From assembly GCA_965213925.1 (NCBI GenBank), contig OZ243927.1, positions 3,328,001 through 3,392,000 on the forward strand: DNA of 64,000 nt, in the 5' to 3' direction. Below are positions 40,399 to 48,796 of this stretch, one piece after another. Within the stretch, counting starts at the first letter, position 1. Each line of letters opens with the position of its first letter. A program made the translations under genes and the position numbers. This DNA comes from Trueperaceae bacterium (lineage in GTDB: Bacteria; Deinococcota; Deinococci; Deinococcales; Trueperaceae). The notes beneath the pieces are model-generated. The model was given only the letters and a program-made list of their open reading frames with translations, did not search any database and had not been told where the DNA came from.

Positions 40399-41589
40399 TC
40401 AAGCTGGTGGCGCGTAGGTGTGCCCTCGTGCCCCGCAGTAGGCCGAACTCGGGCGAATCAGCTCATCCTCGTCTATCTGCTCTAGGATATGCGCGGTCCA
40501 TCCGCCGGCGCGTGCGAGCGCGAAGACAGAGGAGAAAAGCGGGGCGCTTAGACCTACGCCGTGCAGTACGAGCGCCGTGTAAAACTCCACGTTGGTTTGC
40601 AAACTGCGACCCGGTTTATGTGCGTTGAGTAGTCGCAGCGCGGCCGCTTCGACCGCTTTCGCGTCGTCGTAAAGCTGGGTATCTTTCTCCGTGAAGAGCG
40701 CGTTTGCCGCTTTGCCAAGCACGTCGGCGCGGGGATCGCGCACGCGGTAGACCCGGTGCCCGAAGCCCATGATGCGCTCTCCTTGCGCCAGCCTCTCCCG
40801 CACCCAGGCTTCAGCCTCTTCCGCGACGCTCCGCCCCAACGCCTCGGCGCGCCGCCTAATCTCGAAAACCATGTCCATCGCGGGTCCGGGCGCGCCGCCA
40901 TGCAAAGGACCTTTAAGCGCGCCGACCGCGCCCACGACCGCTGAGACCATATCCGAACGGGTGCTGGCGATGACCCGCGCGGTAAAGGTCGAGTTGTTCA
41001 CGCCGTGGTCGATAACCGTGTTGAAGTACGTTTCCAGGGCTCGAGCCGCCTCCGGATGGGGTTCCTCACCGTGCAGCGTCGCGAGGAAGTTCGCGGCGTG
41101 GCTCAGGGTTGCTTGCGGCGGGACGGGCTCGAGGCCCTGCAGCAAGCGCCAATACGCAGCGAGTACGTTAGGCAGCGCGGCGACTAAGTGCATGGCGCGG
41201 CGCAAGTTGGCGGGTCTTGAGAGGTCGTTCGGTTCCTCGTCTGCGAGGCTCAGCGTATCCACGCCGACGCGTAGCGCGTCCATCGGCGGTAGCTTGTGCT
41301 TAGCAGCGTGCCGCAGCACGGTGAGGGTCACCTCGGGAAGCGCGCGCCGCGCCACCAGCTCGCGTCTCAGCTCCGAAAGTTCCTCCTGGTTAGGCAAGCG
41401 GTCGTGCCAGAGCAGGTGAAGAACCTCCTCAAAGCTCGCCTTTGGCGCAAGCTCCTCAACCGCGAAGCCGCCGATGACGAGCTTTCCCGCCTGACCATCG
41501 ACCGCGCTGAGCCGTGTTTCGGTGAAGATGACGCCTCGAAGACCGCGCGCAATCTCTTGCTCACTCGCGCTTTTATCCGTATGGGTCAT
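40399..41589 (-). CDS. Citrate synthase / methylcitrate synthase family protein
   Basis: DHGVNNSTFTAR, GALKGPLHGGA, GFGHRVY...DPR, NVEFY. Confidence 0.92.
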   Translation of the reverse strand: MTHTDKSASEQEIARGLRGVIFTETRLSAVDGQAGKLVIGGFAVEELAPKASFEEVLHLLWHDRLPNQEELSELRRELVARRALPEVTLTVLRHAAKHKLPPMDALRVGVDTLSLADEEPNDLSRPANLRRAMHLVAALPNVLAAYWRLLQGLEPVPPQATLSHAANFLATLHGEEPHPEAARALETYFNTVIDHGVNNSTFTARVIASTRSDMVSAVVGAVGALKGPLHGGAPGPAMDMVFEIRRRAEALGRSVAEEAEAWVRERLAQGERIMGFGHRVYRVRDPRADVLGKAANALFTEKDTQLYDDAKAVEAAALRLLNAHKPGRSLQTNVEFYTALVLHGVGLSAPLFSSVFALARAGGWTAHILEQIDEDELIRPSSAYCGARGHTYAPPA

Positions 41590-41597
41590 GTCGCTCC

Positions 41598-42227
41598 TTA
41601 ATCCGCACCAGCGGGGAAGTCGTAGGTGTTAGGCCATACCGGGGTATTGGGCGGGCGTCGGACGGTCGCCGCGCTTTGTAAGGACTCGAGCAGCGCAGGC
41701 GCGACGAGCGTCGCGGCGTAAGCTTGGCTCCGGTAAGAGGTCGGCGTAACGGGCACAAACGTCAGCGTCTCGCCAAAAAGCGCCTCGGCTCTCCTCGCGA
41801 GCGAAAGCGCTTGCGCCGCGTCACCCGCGAGCACTGCGATGTGCGGCGCTGTCGGCGCGACCTCTCTATTCGCGACGTGCGCGCCGATGAGCTGAAGCGT
41901 GTCGTCCGCTGTCAAACCTAGGTCGTATACGCGCTCGGCTACCTCCGCACTGAGGTGAGCGGCGAGCATCTCTTGCGCGCTCACGGGTGGCTCGGCGGCG
42001 ACCCTCGTCCCCGCCCGCCGCCGCTGCACGAGATAGCCCTGCGCTTCCAACGCTCGGTAGGCAGCCGCAACCGTGTTGTAGTTCGTATCCGTCGCTGCTG
42101 CCAAGGCGTGAACAGTCGGCAGAAGTTCACCGGGCGTAAGCGTACCCGTAATGATGAGAAGGCGAATTTGGGCTTGAAGTTGGTTGCCTAAAGGAACCGG
42201 GCTGCGCTTATCGAGGTTGATATCCAT
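41598..42227 (-). CDS. GntR-family transcriptional regulator (YtrA-like N-terminus)
   Basis: QL..QI...I..G.L.PG..LPTV..LA....NYNTV..AY..L...G wHTH pattern. Confidence 0.88.
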   Translation of the reverse strand: MDINLDKRSPVPLGNQLQAQIRLLIITGTLTPGELLPTVHALAAATDTNYNTVAAAYRALEAQGYLVQRRRAGTRVAAEPPVSAQEMLAAHLSAEVAERVYDLGLTADDTLQLIGAHVANREVAPTAPHIAVLAGDAAQALSLARRAEALFGETLTFVPVTPTSYRSQAYAATLVAPALLESLQSAATVRRPPNTPVWPNTYDFPAGAD

Positions 42228-42230
42228 GAG

Positions 42231-42261
42231 TGATTTTAACTAAACAATTAGTTAAAATCAA
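42231..42261 (-). promoter_or_regulatory. Leaderless promoter of the GntR gene overlapped by a perfect 13-bp inverted repeat (candidate operator)
   Basis: Minus strand TTGATT-N17-TAAAAT-N5-ATG; TGATTTTAACTAA-ACAA-TTAGTTAAAATCA palindrome. Confidence 0.75.
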
Positions 42262-42431
42262 TAGGCATCTTTTTAGTTTGCAGAATACTGAACTTTAGAG
42301 AAGAAGTTTTTCCTAGAATGGCGTTTCTCTTATAAATAGTTCTTTATTTCAAAAAGTGAAATATGCCTTGCTCTGTAGGTTCTGGCTCGAGTCAAAAATA
42401 CTACAACGTTGCAAAAAACGCTAATGAGTGC

Positions 42432-42461
42432 TTGACATGGACTCAGGTACTCCGTTATAGT
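42432..42461 (+). promoter_or_regulatory. Sigma70-type promoter of tRNA-Ala
   Basis: TTGACA-N18-TATAGT, 16 nt upstream of the tRNA. Confidence 0.65.
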
Positions 42462-42477
42462 TCTCTTTGCATTTCGC

Positions 42478-42550
42478 GGGGCTTTAGCTCAGCTGGGAGA
42501 GCACCTGCTTTGCAAGCAGGGGGTCATCAGTTCGAATCTGATAAGCTCCA
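42478..42550 (+). tRNA. tRNA-Ala (anticodon TGC); CCA not encoded in this copy
   Basis: Cloverleaf GGGGCTT/AAGCTCC with G3-U70, D arm GCTC/GAGC, anticodon loop TTTGCAA, T arm ATCAG-TTCGAAT-CTGAT. Confidence 0.96.
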
Positions 42551-42899
42551 TACCGAGAAACAGCGTCAGGGACGTAAAGAAAGCACCTCACTTAAAACGG
42601 GGTGCTTCTCTTTTGCCCTAAAATACAGCCAGAATACAGCCACGGGGTATTAAGACCTCTTCATACAGCCACAGGTACAGCCAGCGTGACAGACGCCAAA
42701 GGTTAAGTTTTGTCCAGATGCCCCGGCTAAAGAAGAAGGGTGAGACCGTCGTGCGGTTCGTTCGGTAGTCACGCTCAAAAGCCACGCGCTGAGAGCCCCG
42801 CTACGGGCTTAGAGCGACCTCTTGAGGGTGAAGATACCTAACGGAAAAAGCCCCTACCCCGTGTAAGGGTAGAGGCTCGAGGGAGTGCGCCGCGTGCGG

Positions 42900-43589
42900 T
42901 TAGCTGAGCGTAAGTCCCTCTTTGCTCATGGCGGGCTTGCTGTCCCAAATCACGTACGCTTCGAGCGCTTGCTTGAGGTCTTGGCGGGCGTCATTAAGGC
43001 GCGTGGCGGCGGCTAAGCTGTTCACACCCTCCTCTGAGAGCACCGTACCCATAAGCGGGGCTTTACGCTCATCGTATAAGGCTGTCAGGCTCGCACGCCC
43101 GATAGAGGTTAAGTAGCGCCCTGGAAACGGTGTCAGTAGCATCAGGTGACGCATAGCCTCATCCTCATCTTTCGCAAGGTTGAGCATGGCGTCGAGTACC
43201 TTTTCGGGCTCTACGCTGTTGAGAATCATTTGTGCGTCGGCGCGTGCGTTCATCTGTGCGCCCTGGTCGGGTGCGCCCTGGTCGCTCAGGATGCGCTTGA
43301 GTTTGCTCAGATACGTCTCGGTGTTGGTTCCCCAAACACTCTCAATGCTGCTAAGGCGCTGACTCACATCCGCGTTAAGAGGTGTGAACCGCTCGCCCTT
43401 GCCCGCCTCTGTCAAGCGGTGGTCGTTTAAGATGTCCCTTGCTTGCGCGTCGTGGCTGTCTAGCGTGGCGAAAAAGTTCTCCGTATGCCCGTGATAGCTC
43501 GAGGGGCTTGCGGGCGGCATGGGCGCGTTCTGAGCGGCGTTGATAACGGCGGTGAGGTGTTCTCCGAAGGTTTGCTGTGCGATGTTCAT
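42900..43589 (-). CDS. Hypothetical helical protein of the integrated element
   Basis: 229-aa ORF with AAGGAG RBS and a downstream hairpin plus T-run (42845-42877); no recognisable motif. Confidence 0.7.
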   Translation of the reverse strand: MNIAQQTFGEHLTAVINAAQNAPMPPASPSSYHGHTENFFATLDSHDAQARDILNDHRLTEAGKGERFTPLNADVSQRLSSIESVWGTNTETYLSKLKRILSDQGAPDQGAQMNARADAQMILNSVEPEKVLDAMLNLAKDEDEAMRHLMLLTPFPGRYLTSIGRASLTALYDERKAPLMGTVLSEEGVNSLAAATRLNDARQDLKQALEAYVIWDSKPAMSKEGLTLS

Positions 43590-43769
43590 GTGTTCACTCC
43601 TTTAGTGAGGTTGGATTGTAGGGCGTTTCTTCCCTTACTATATCTATTCTACCATGTCAAGCGTTTACGTTACACTTTCGGGAATATCGGGAGAGGAACG
43701 CCAAAGGAAACACCCCCTTGCTAGAGAAGAGGGTGAGGGACGTGCTAACGGGTCCATCTTTGGATTGGT

Positions 43770-44075
43770 CTACTCTAACAGCTTGTGCCATTGTGGGGTG
43801 ATAGCTTGCGCCTCTGCGTAGTCCCTGAGTGCTTCACGGGTATAGCGCGGGTGTGCGCCTTCGTACTGGACAGCCTCGAGCTTACCCGTTTGACGTAGGT
43901 ACTTGAGCGCGTCCGTGTTGATGCCTAAGACCCGTGCGGCGTCTCCAGGGGTGAGGAGCGGCGGCACATGGCGCGGTATGCCCTTCGACGCTGCCAAGTC
44001 CTCTAGGGCGCGGCGGTAGCCCTCCTCAAAGGCTCGAGCCTCACTGCCTGTGTAGTCGGTCTGTAGGTCACTCAT
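43770..44075 (-). CDS. Small HTH DNA-binding protein (MerR/HTH_17-like)
   Basis: LLTPGDAARVLGI...L.YLR..G.L......RY pattern; ATGA overlap with the rep gene. Confidence 0.75.
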   Translation of the reverse strand: MSDLQTDYTGSEARAFEEGYRRALEDLAASKGIPRHVPPLLTPGDAARVLGINTDALKYLRQTGKLEAVQYEGAHPRYTREALRDYAEAQAITPQWHKLLE

Positions 44076-44956
44076 GCTGCCCTCTGTAAAGCGGGTGTGG
44101 CGGGCGCGTTGACCTCAAAGCCTAGCAGCGCGGCGGCGTCATTCGCCTCGAGCCGCCTCTCGAGCCAGGGCTGGAGATTCATAAGCCCCACACCGTCATC
44201 ACGGTAGCCTCTCACGCCGTCGTACTTGCGGGCGCGGATGTCAGCGCGTACCGCGTCCAGAGCCGCACTAGAGGGTGAGGTGAGGGCGATGATATTGACC
44301 CCACCTGCTACGCTGTCACTCTCTACAGCGCTGTCATCCTCCGCGTCCTCCACACCTTCCTTCTTAGCCGGGACTGAGGTAGGCGCGTGTGCCTTTGCAT
44401 CATCCCTTTCTTTATCTTTCTTTAGACACTCGTGAACCTCGTCACTGACAGCGTTTCTAGCGTTTGGGCGGGTTCTTTTTGACCCCACCCCTGGGTTCTT
44501 TTTGACCCCACCTAAACGACGCTCCACACCTTCTTTGAGCACGCGATAAGCGTAGGATTTTTGATGGTTTACGGTGGCTCTAGTCCGTCCGATTAACCCA
44601 GCCTTTCGCAGACTTCTCAGGGCACGCTTAACACTACTCTTTGACTTACCCGTAGCCTCCACTAGGTCGTTCTGACTCATGGCGACCTCTTCACGATGCC
44701 ACCCGGTTGTGTTGCGCGTGAGGGCTACCATGACGGCGTACTCGCTTGCTGTGAGCCCCTTGAGCGCGGCTATGAGGTCATTATCCATCTTGGTAAAACC
44801 CTTCTTCTTAGCGCGTCTCTTAGGAGCTTCGGCGGGCGCGGCGGGCGCGGCGGGCGGCTCGGTGGCGGCGGCGGGCTTAGCGGCTTGCGCGGCTTTACGC
44901 TTAGCCCTGTTCGCTCTCACACGCTCGAGCATGTTGTCTACAGCTTTCTCGCTCAC
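44072..44956 (-). CDS. Phage replication initiator O-like (winged-helix) protein
   Basis: GFTKMDNDLI, L.R.TTGW, MSQNDL.EATG.SKSSVKRAL..L...G.I pattern; internal 20-bp direct repeats. Confidence 0.72.
   Translation of the reverse strand: MSEKAVDNMLERVRANRAKRKAAQAAKPAAATEPPAAPAAPAEAPKRRAKKKGFTKMDNDLIAALKGLTASEYAVMVALTRNTTGWHREEVAMSQNDLVEATGKSKSSVKRALRSLRKAGLIGRTRATVNHQKSYAYRVLKEGVERRLGGVKKNPGVGSKRTRPNARNAVSDEVHECLKKDKERDDAKAHAPTSVPAKKEGVEDAEDDSAVESDSVAGGVNIIALTSPSSAALDAVRADIRARKYDGVRGYRDDGVGLMNLQPWLERRLEANDAAALLGFEVNAPATPALQRAA
44470..44512. repeat. Two iteron-like 20-bp direct repeats inside the replication gene
   Basis: GGGTTCTTTTTGACCCCACC at 44470-44489 and 44493-44512. Confidence 0.7.
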
Positions 44957-45162
44957 GCTGCCACCCCTAACGCGGTCTCACGCTCAATAAAGCCCGTGAC
45001 CTCCGAAGAGGGGATGAGTATCTTGCGCCCGACCTTGAGGTGTTTGATACGGTTAGCCCGCAAGAGGTCATAGACGGAGTTGCGCCCTATCGCGCCTTGC
45101 ATCTGCGCTAGGAACTCGTCAACGGTTAGAAGGGGCTTAGGTGCGGCGTCTTGTAAAATCAT
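44953..45162 (-). CDS. Excisionase-like HTH_17 protein
   Basis: LLTVDE....IGRNSVYDLL....I.H.KVGRKILIP. Confidence 0.82.
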   Translation of the reverse strand: MILQDAAPKPLLTVDEFLAQMQGAIGRNSVYDLLRANRIKHLKVGRKILIPSSEVTGFIERETALGVAA

Positions 45163-45350
45163 CGTGTTACCTTCCGTTCTCTGTAGTCTGTCATGACACT
45201 AAGCGTGTGTCATATATGCTTTATTGTAGTTGTTGACTGAGAAGCAAGCAGGGGATTTTACACAACGAAAAGGGACGACGCGGTATGTCGTCCCTCATCA
45301 AAAGTTAATGTCTGTAAACTGTCGCCCTAAGCAGAATTAGCGGGTACGTG

Positions 45351-45746
45351 CTAGGTGTTCACCTCATGGCGCAACGCTTCTAGTTCATCCTGTGCCTCTG
45401 AGAGCCCTTGAGTTAGTTGACCTACTAGCGTCTCGAGCTTCTTGACGCGACGGCGCGTTTCGGCGGTCTGTGCGTCCTTCTGCGTTTGCTTTACGCCTAC
45501 TTCCCCCCACCCAAAGAGGTAGTACATAAAGGTTTGCAAGTCCATCCCGTACACCTCACCTATAGCCCTAGAGGACTTCATAGTTAAGGAGTTCACGTCA
45601 GCCTTACCCGTCTCCAAACGCCCGATATAGGAATACGACACCGCGCCGTCTGTCATCTCCTCCACATCGCGCATAGTGAGACCGTTGTGTAGTCGGAGGC
45701 TTCTTAACCGCTCATGGGGTTGCTTGTTTTTGTCGTCTTCGCGCAT
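45351..45746 (-). CDS. XRE-family HTH repressor with C-terminal coiled coil
   Basis: RLRSLR...GLTMRDV......SYSYIGRLETG; 11-bp palindrome TATGAGTAAAC/GTTTACTCATA at 45746-45779 adjacent to its start. Confidence 0.82.
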   Translation of the reverse strand: MREDDKNKQPHERLRSLRLHNGLTMRDVEEMTDGAVSYSYIGRLETGKADVNSLTMKSSRAIGEVYGMDLQTFMYYLFGWGEVGVKQTQKDAQTAETRRRVKKLETLVGQLTQGLSEAQDELEALRHEVNT

Positions 45747-45794
45747 ATGAGTAAACTACTATGGATTTGTTTACTCATAAGGTGATATGTCACG

Positions 45795-46100
45795 TTAGTC
45801 GTGAGCAGTAGCCGACCTCACGCCCGCGCCTGCACCCTCTACCTCTTGCGCTGTCGCCTTCTTCTCTACCTCGAGTGAGTCGCCTATGCGGTTTAGCTGC
45901 TCCAGGATTGCGCCCAAACCTAAGAAAAGCATTCCACTAAACAGCGATGAGCAAAATATTGAGATGCCATAAAGCGCGGTTAGTTGAAACGCCTGAGCCG
46001 ACGTTGAACCCTGGAGCCCGAAGATGGTTAGAGCCGTTGCGATTGTGCCCAAGATGAGTGTCACTCTACCTAAAGATTTCAGATTAGCTGCAATTTTCAT
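45795..46100 (-). CDS. Small two-TM membrane protein (cargo)
   Basis: Two hydrophobic helices followed by LGAILEQL..I; lies between the integrase and repressor genes. Confidence 0.65.
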   Translation of the reverse strand: MKIAANLKSLGRVTLILGTIATALTIFGLQGSTSAQAFQLTALYGISIFCSSLFSGMLFLGLGAILEQLNRIGDSLEVEKKATAQEVEGAGAGVRSATAHD

Positions 46101-46174
46101 GCAGACAGCGTAGCGCCTGCGCACTGAGAGCGCTGTGAAGCGTTTGGCACACCCCCCCGGCTAAAGAGAAGGGG

Positions 46175-47299
46175 TTAGGCGTCCTCCGGCTCGAGGGACG
46201 GCACAGTAAACACCTCATCATCCCGAAACGCCGTGTAGATGTCTAGCGTAGTGCTAGGGCGGCTGTGACCTAAGAGGCTCGAGGCGGTGCGCAGCTTGAC
46301 ACCTGAGTAATGCAGGTTCGTAGCGAAGGCGTGACGGAGGTCGTGAACGGTGGCGCGGGGTAGGTTCGGCGTGTTCGCTTGCAGCTTATAAAAGTCGCGC
46401 CTAAAGTTTTCGTGGCTGATAGGGGTATTGACCTGTGAGACGAACACGAGCCCCCCGTGTGACCACTCAGCCCCGATGAACGCTAACGCCTCAACTTGCT
46501 TAACCCTGTGCGCGTCCAGCACCTCTACAGCCTTGGCGGGTAGTCCTACCTTACGCACGCTCGAGGCGGTCTTGAGCGGCGCTACCGTGCCGTCTCTGCC
46601 TACCTGTTGCCTCACGCTTAACACGCCGTCCTCCATATCCACCCAGCGCACCCCTAGAAGCTCACCTAAGCGTAAGCCCGTGCTCGCTGCTAGATAGAAC
46701 GCGGCATATAGCCTGTGGTCCTTCGCGGTCTCTAGGAAGCGTGTGCGCTGTTCGGGCGTCCAGATGACCTTAGTGCGCGGCGTCTCTGCTACGGGCTCTA
46801 CAGCCTTGACGGGGTTGCGGTGCAATAGCTCGAGCCTCACAGCCTCCTCTAGCGCCCCGTGTAAGTAGGTGCGCGATTGGTTCGCACTCCTAGCCCCCAC
46901 CTTGCGCCCCGTGTCGCGTATTGCCCTCTTCACGTCGGCGGGTTTGAGCTTAGCAAGCTGTATGTGACCTATACGGCGCTGTACGTGCCCTAGAGCGCGT
47001 TTGTAGGTCTCGAGCGTGCGCGGTCTCACCTCTCCAGTCTTATCCTTTAGCCAGGACTGGAGGTAGTCGCCTAGCGTCTGCCTGTCATCGCTGTACGTGC
47101 CTAAGCCGACCTCACGCTTGATAGCCTCGAGCTTAGCTAACGCCTCAGCTTGCGTATTGCCTGTGACCTCTTTGCGCTTGCGCTTGCCTTCTGGACTGTA
47201 CCCGAGGGTGATAGAGCCGACCCATTTACCCGTTGACGCACGCCTGTAAACGCTGCCTTCATTGTTTGCCCGTTTGGAGGATTTCTTAGCTCGTGCCAT
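46175..47299 (-). CDS. Tyrosine recombinase / site-specific integrase
   Basis: N-terminal KRANNEGSVYRR arm-binding domain, TGLRLGELLG, HDLRH, LLGH..P.TT.DIY. Confidence 0.95.
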   Translation of the reverse strand: MARAKKSSKRANNEGSVYRRASTGKWVGSITLGYSPEGKRKRKEVTGNTQAEALAKLEAIKREVGLGTYSDDRQTLGDYLQSWLKDKTGEVRPRTLETYKRALGHVQRRIGHIQLAKLKPADVKRAIRDTGRKVGARSANQSRTYLHGALEEAVRLELLHRNPVKAVEPVAETPRTKVIWTPEQRTRFLETAKDHRLYAAFYLAASTGLRLGELLGVRWVDMEDGVLSVRQQVGRDGTVAPLKTASSVRKVGLPAKAVEVLDAHRVKQVEALAFIGAEWSHGGLVFVSQVNTPISHENFRRDFYKLQANTPNLPRATVHDLRHAFATNLHYSGVKLRTASSLLGHSRPSTTLDIYTAFRDDEVFTVPSLEPEDA

Positions 47300-47463
47300 A
47301 CAGCCAGCGTAGCAGAAATACAGCCACAATACAGCCACGGTTTTCACATGAGACGGGATGAGCCGGGATAGAGCCTGTGAGATATTTCGAATAAAGCGCG
47401 TGAGGGACGCATAGAAAGGAGTTCTGTAAAGTACGGTAATTTCCGGCGGTACACTCCCGGTAG

Positions 47464-47510
47464 GCTTTGCAAGCAGGGGGTCATCAGTTCGAATCTGATA
47501 AGCTCCACCA
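47464..47510 (+). repeat. attR: duplicated tRNA-Ala 3' part, here followed by CCA
   Basis: GCTTTGCAAGCAGGGGGTCATCAGTTCGAATCTGATAAGCTCCA identical to 42507-42550. Confidence 0.93.
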
Positions 47511-47641
47511 TCAGAAAAGTGCGTGCAGGACGTAAGAAACCGAGATGCTTAAACGGCGTCTCGGTTCTCTTTTTGCTTAGTGGCACCTTAAAGGCACCTA
47601 CAGGGTTTTTCAGGGGTGCACTGTGAGCGGCGCGGCGTCCG

Positions 47642-47673
47642 TTCCACCCCCTGCTACTGATAGGGGGGTGGAA
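47642..47673 (+). other. Candidate rolling-circle nick site (dso/oriT, MOB_T/pT181-like hairpin)
   Basis: TTCCACCCCC-TGCTACTGATAG-GGGGGTGGAA hairpin overlapping the 5' end of the Rep_trans gene. Confidence 0.7.
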
Positions 47674-48648
47674 GTTACACACAAAATCGACTTTTTGACG
47701 TGTACGACGCAGAAACCCCTACTTGATACCGTCGCAGCTTTGAGCGACTTTATGAACGCGGACTTTGAGCACAAGCCGTATGGGTTCAATGGCTACCAAC
47801 AGCACTACGCAGGCATGAACGGTGTGACGGTTAGCTTTACCCCTGGACGCGCTGACATCTCGGTTTCAATCCCTGGTACAGCCTGCACTCAGTTGGGGAC
47901 ACTGAACCTCATCGGCATCACGGACGAACTAGAAGCGATGCCGACGCGGGTTGACTACGCTTACGACCATTGCAACTTCACGCCTAAGACCTTCGACAGA
48001 GCTTGGGAGAAGGGCAACGTGAACACCCGTGTGAGGCGTTCTGGTGACTCCTATCTGTACATGAGAAATGGGGAGGGCAACGAGACCGTGTACATGGGCG
48101 CGGCGTCCTCTGAAAGCCGTCTGGTGTGCTACAACAAGCGCGGGTATACCCGCCTCGAGATGAGGCTGAAAAAAGAGCGGGCGGCGAAGTTCTGGGCGAT
48201 GGTCTGCGCTGCACCTGAAGACCTCGGAGAGGTTGGCGCGGGAGTGATTGTTGCACACGTTGACTTCGTGAAGCGATCCAAGACGGACAGCAATGTGAGC
48301 CGTGCCCCTCGGTTGCGCTGGTGGGCTAAGTTTCTCAAAGATGCTGAGAAGATACGCTTATCCGACCCTGAGCCCGAACCAACAGTAGAGCGGGCTAAAA
48401 AGTTCGTGAACAACGCGGCGGGGATGATTGAAACGGTTTTTCAGATTGCAGAGCAGCGCGGTGTGGATGAGCGGACCCTACTAAACACGCTCCGAACGCG
48501 CGGTAAGCGTCTCATGCGAGACCGACACCGCAGCATCCTTGCAATGGCTGTGATGCGCCCTGAGCCGCCTGTAGAGCCTGAGCCGATACAGCGGAGTCTC
48601 TTTACAGTAGGCGAACCCGTGCGACAATTTCATAGCGGAGCGAGATAG
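47668..48648 (+). CDS. Rep_trans-family replication initiator / MOB_T-like relaxase
   Basis: IDFLT, TRVDYAYD, TVYMG..SS, CYNK, RLE motifs; start uncertain (47623 or 47668). Confidence 0.85.
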   Translation: MEVTHKIDFLTCTTQKPLLDTVAALSDFMNADFEHKPYGFNGYQQHYAGMNGVTVSFTPGRADISVSIPGTACTQLGTLNLIGITDELEAMPTRVDYAYDHCNFTPKTFDRAWEKGNVNTRVRRSGDSYLYMRNGEGNETVYMGAASSESRLVCYNKRGYTRLEMRLKKERAAKFWAMVCAAPEDLGEVGAGVIVAHVDFVKRSKTDSNVSRAPRLRWWAKFLKDAEKIRLSDPEPEPTVERAKKFVNNAAGMIETVFQIAEQRGVDERTLLNTLRTRGKRLMRDRHRSILAMAVMRPEPPVEPEPIQRSLFTVGEPVRQFHSGAR

Positions 48649-48796
48649 TTACGGAGCGCAGCGGAGTAACGCCCCTCGCACCCTAACCGCTATCCTCTTT
48701 TGTTTCAGAAGGTTGCTAACGCGGGTTTTTGGACTGGTTCTACCATAAGAGAAGCGCTAGCACGTAACATCTAGCTATCTTTACGGAGGCCAGAAC

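Larger units (their letters stand above)
42507..47507 (-). mobile_element. ~5-kb integrative, satellite-like element in tRNA-Ala
   Basis: 44-bp direct repeat of the tRNA 3' part at 42507-42550 and 47464-47507 enclosing integrase, regulator, excisionase and replication genes. Confidence 0.92.

Noticed and set aside
42507..47507. Full prophage
   Set aside because: No terminase, portal, capsid, tail or lysis genes between the att repeats
47464..47510. Second tRNA-Ala gene
   Set aside because: Only the 3' part is present; the acceptor 5' strand and D arm are missing, so it is an att duplicate
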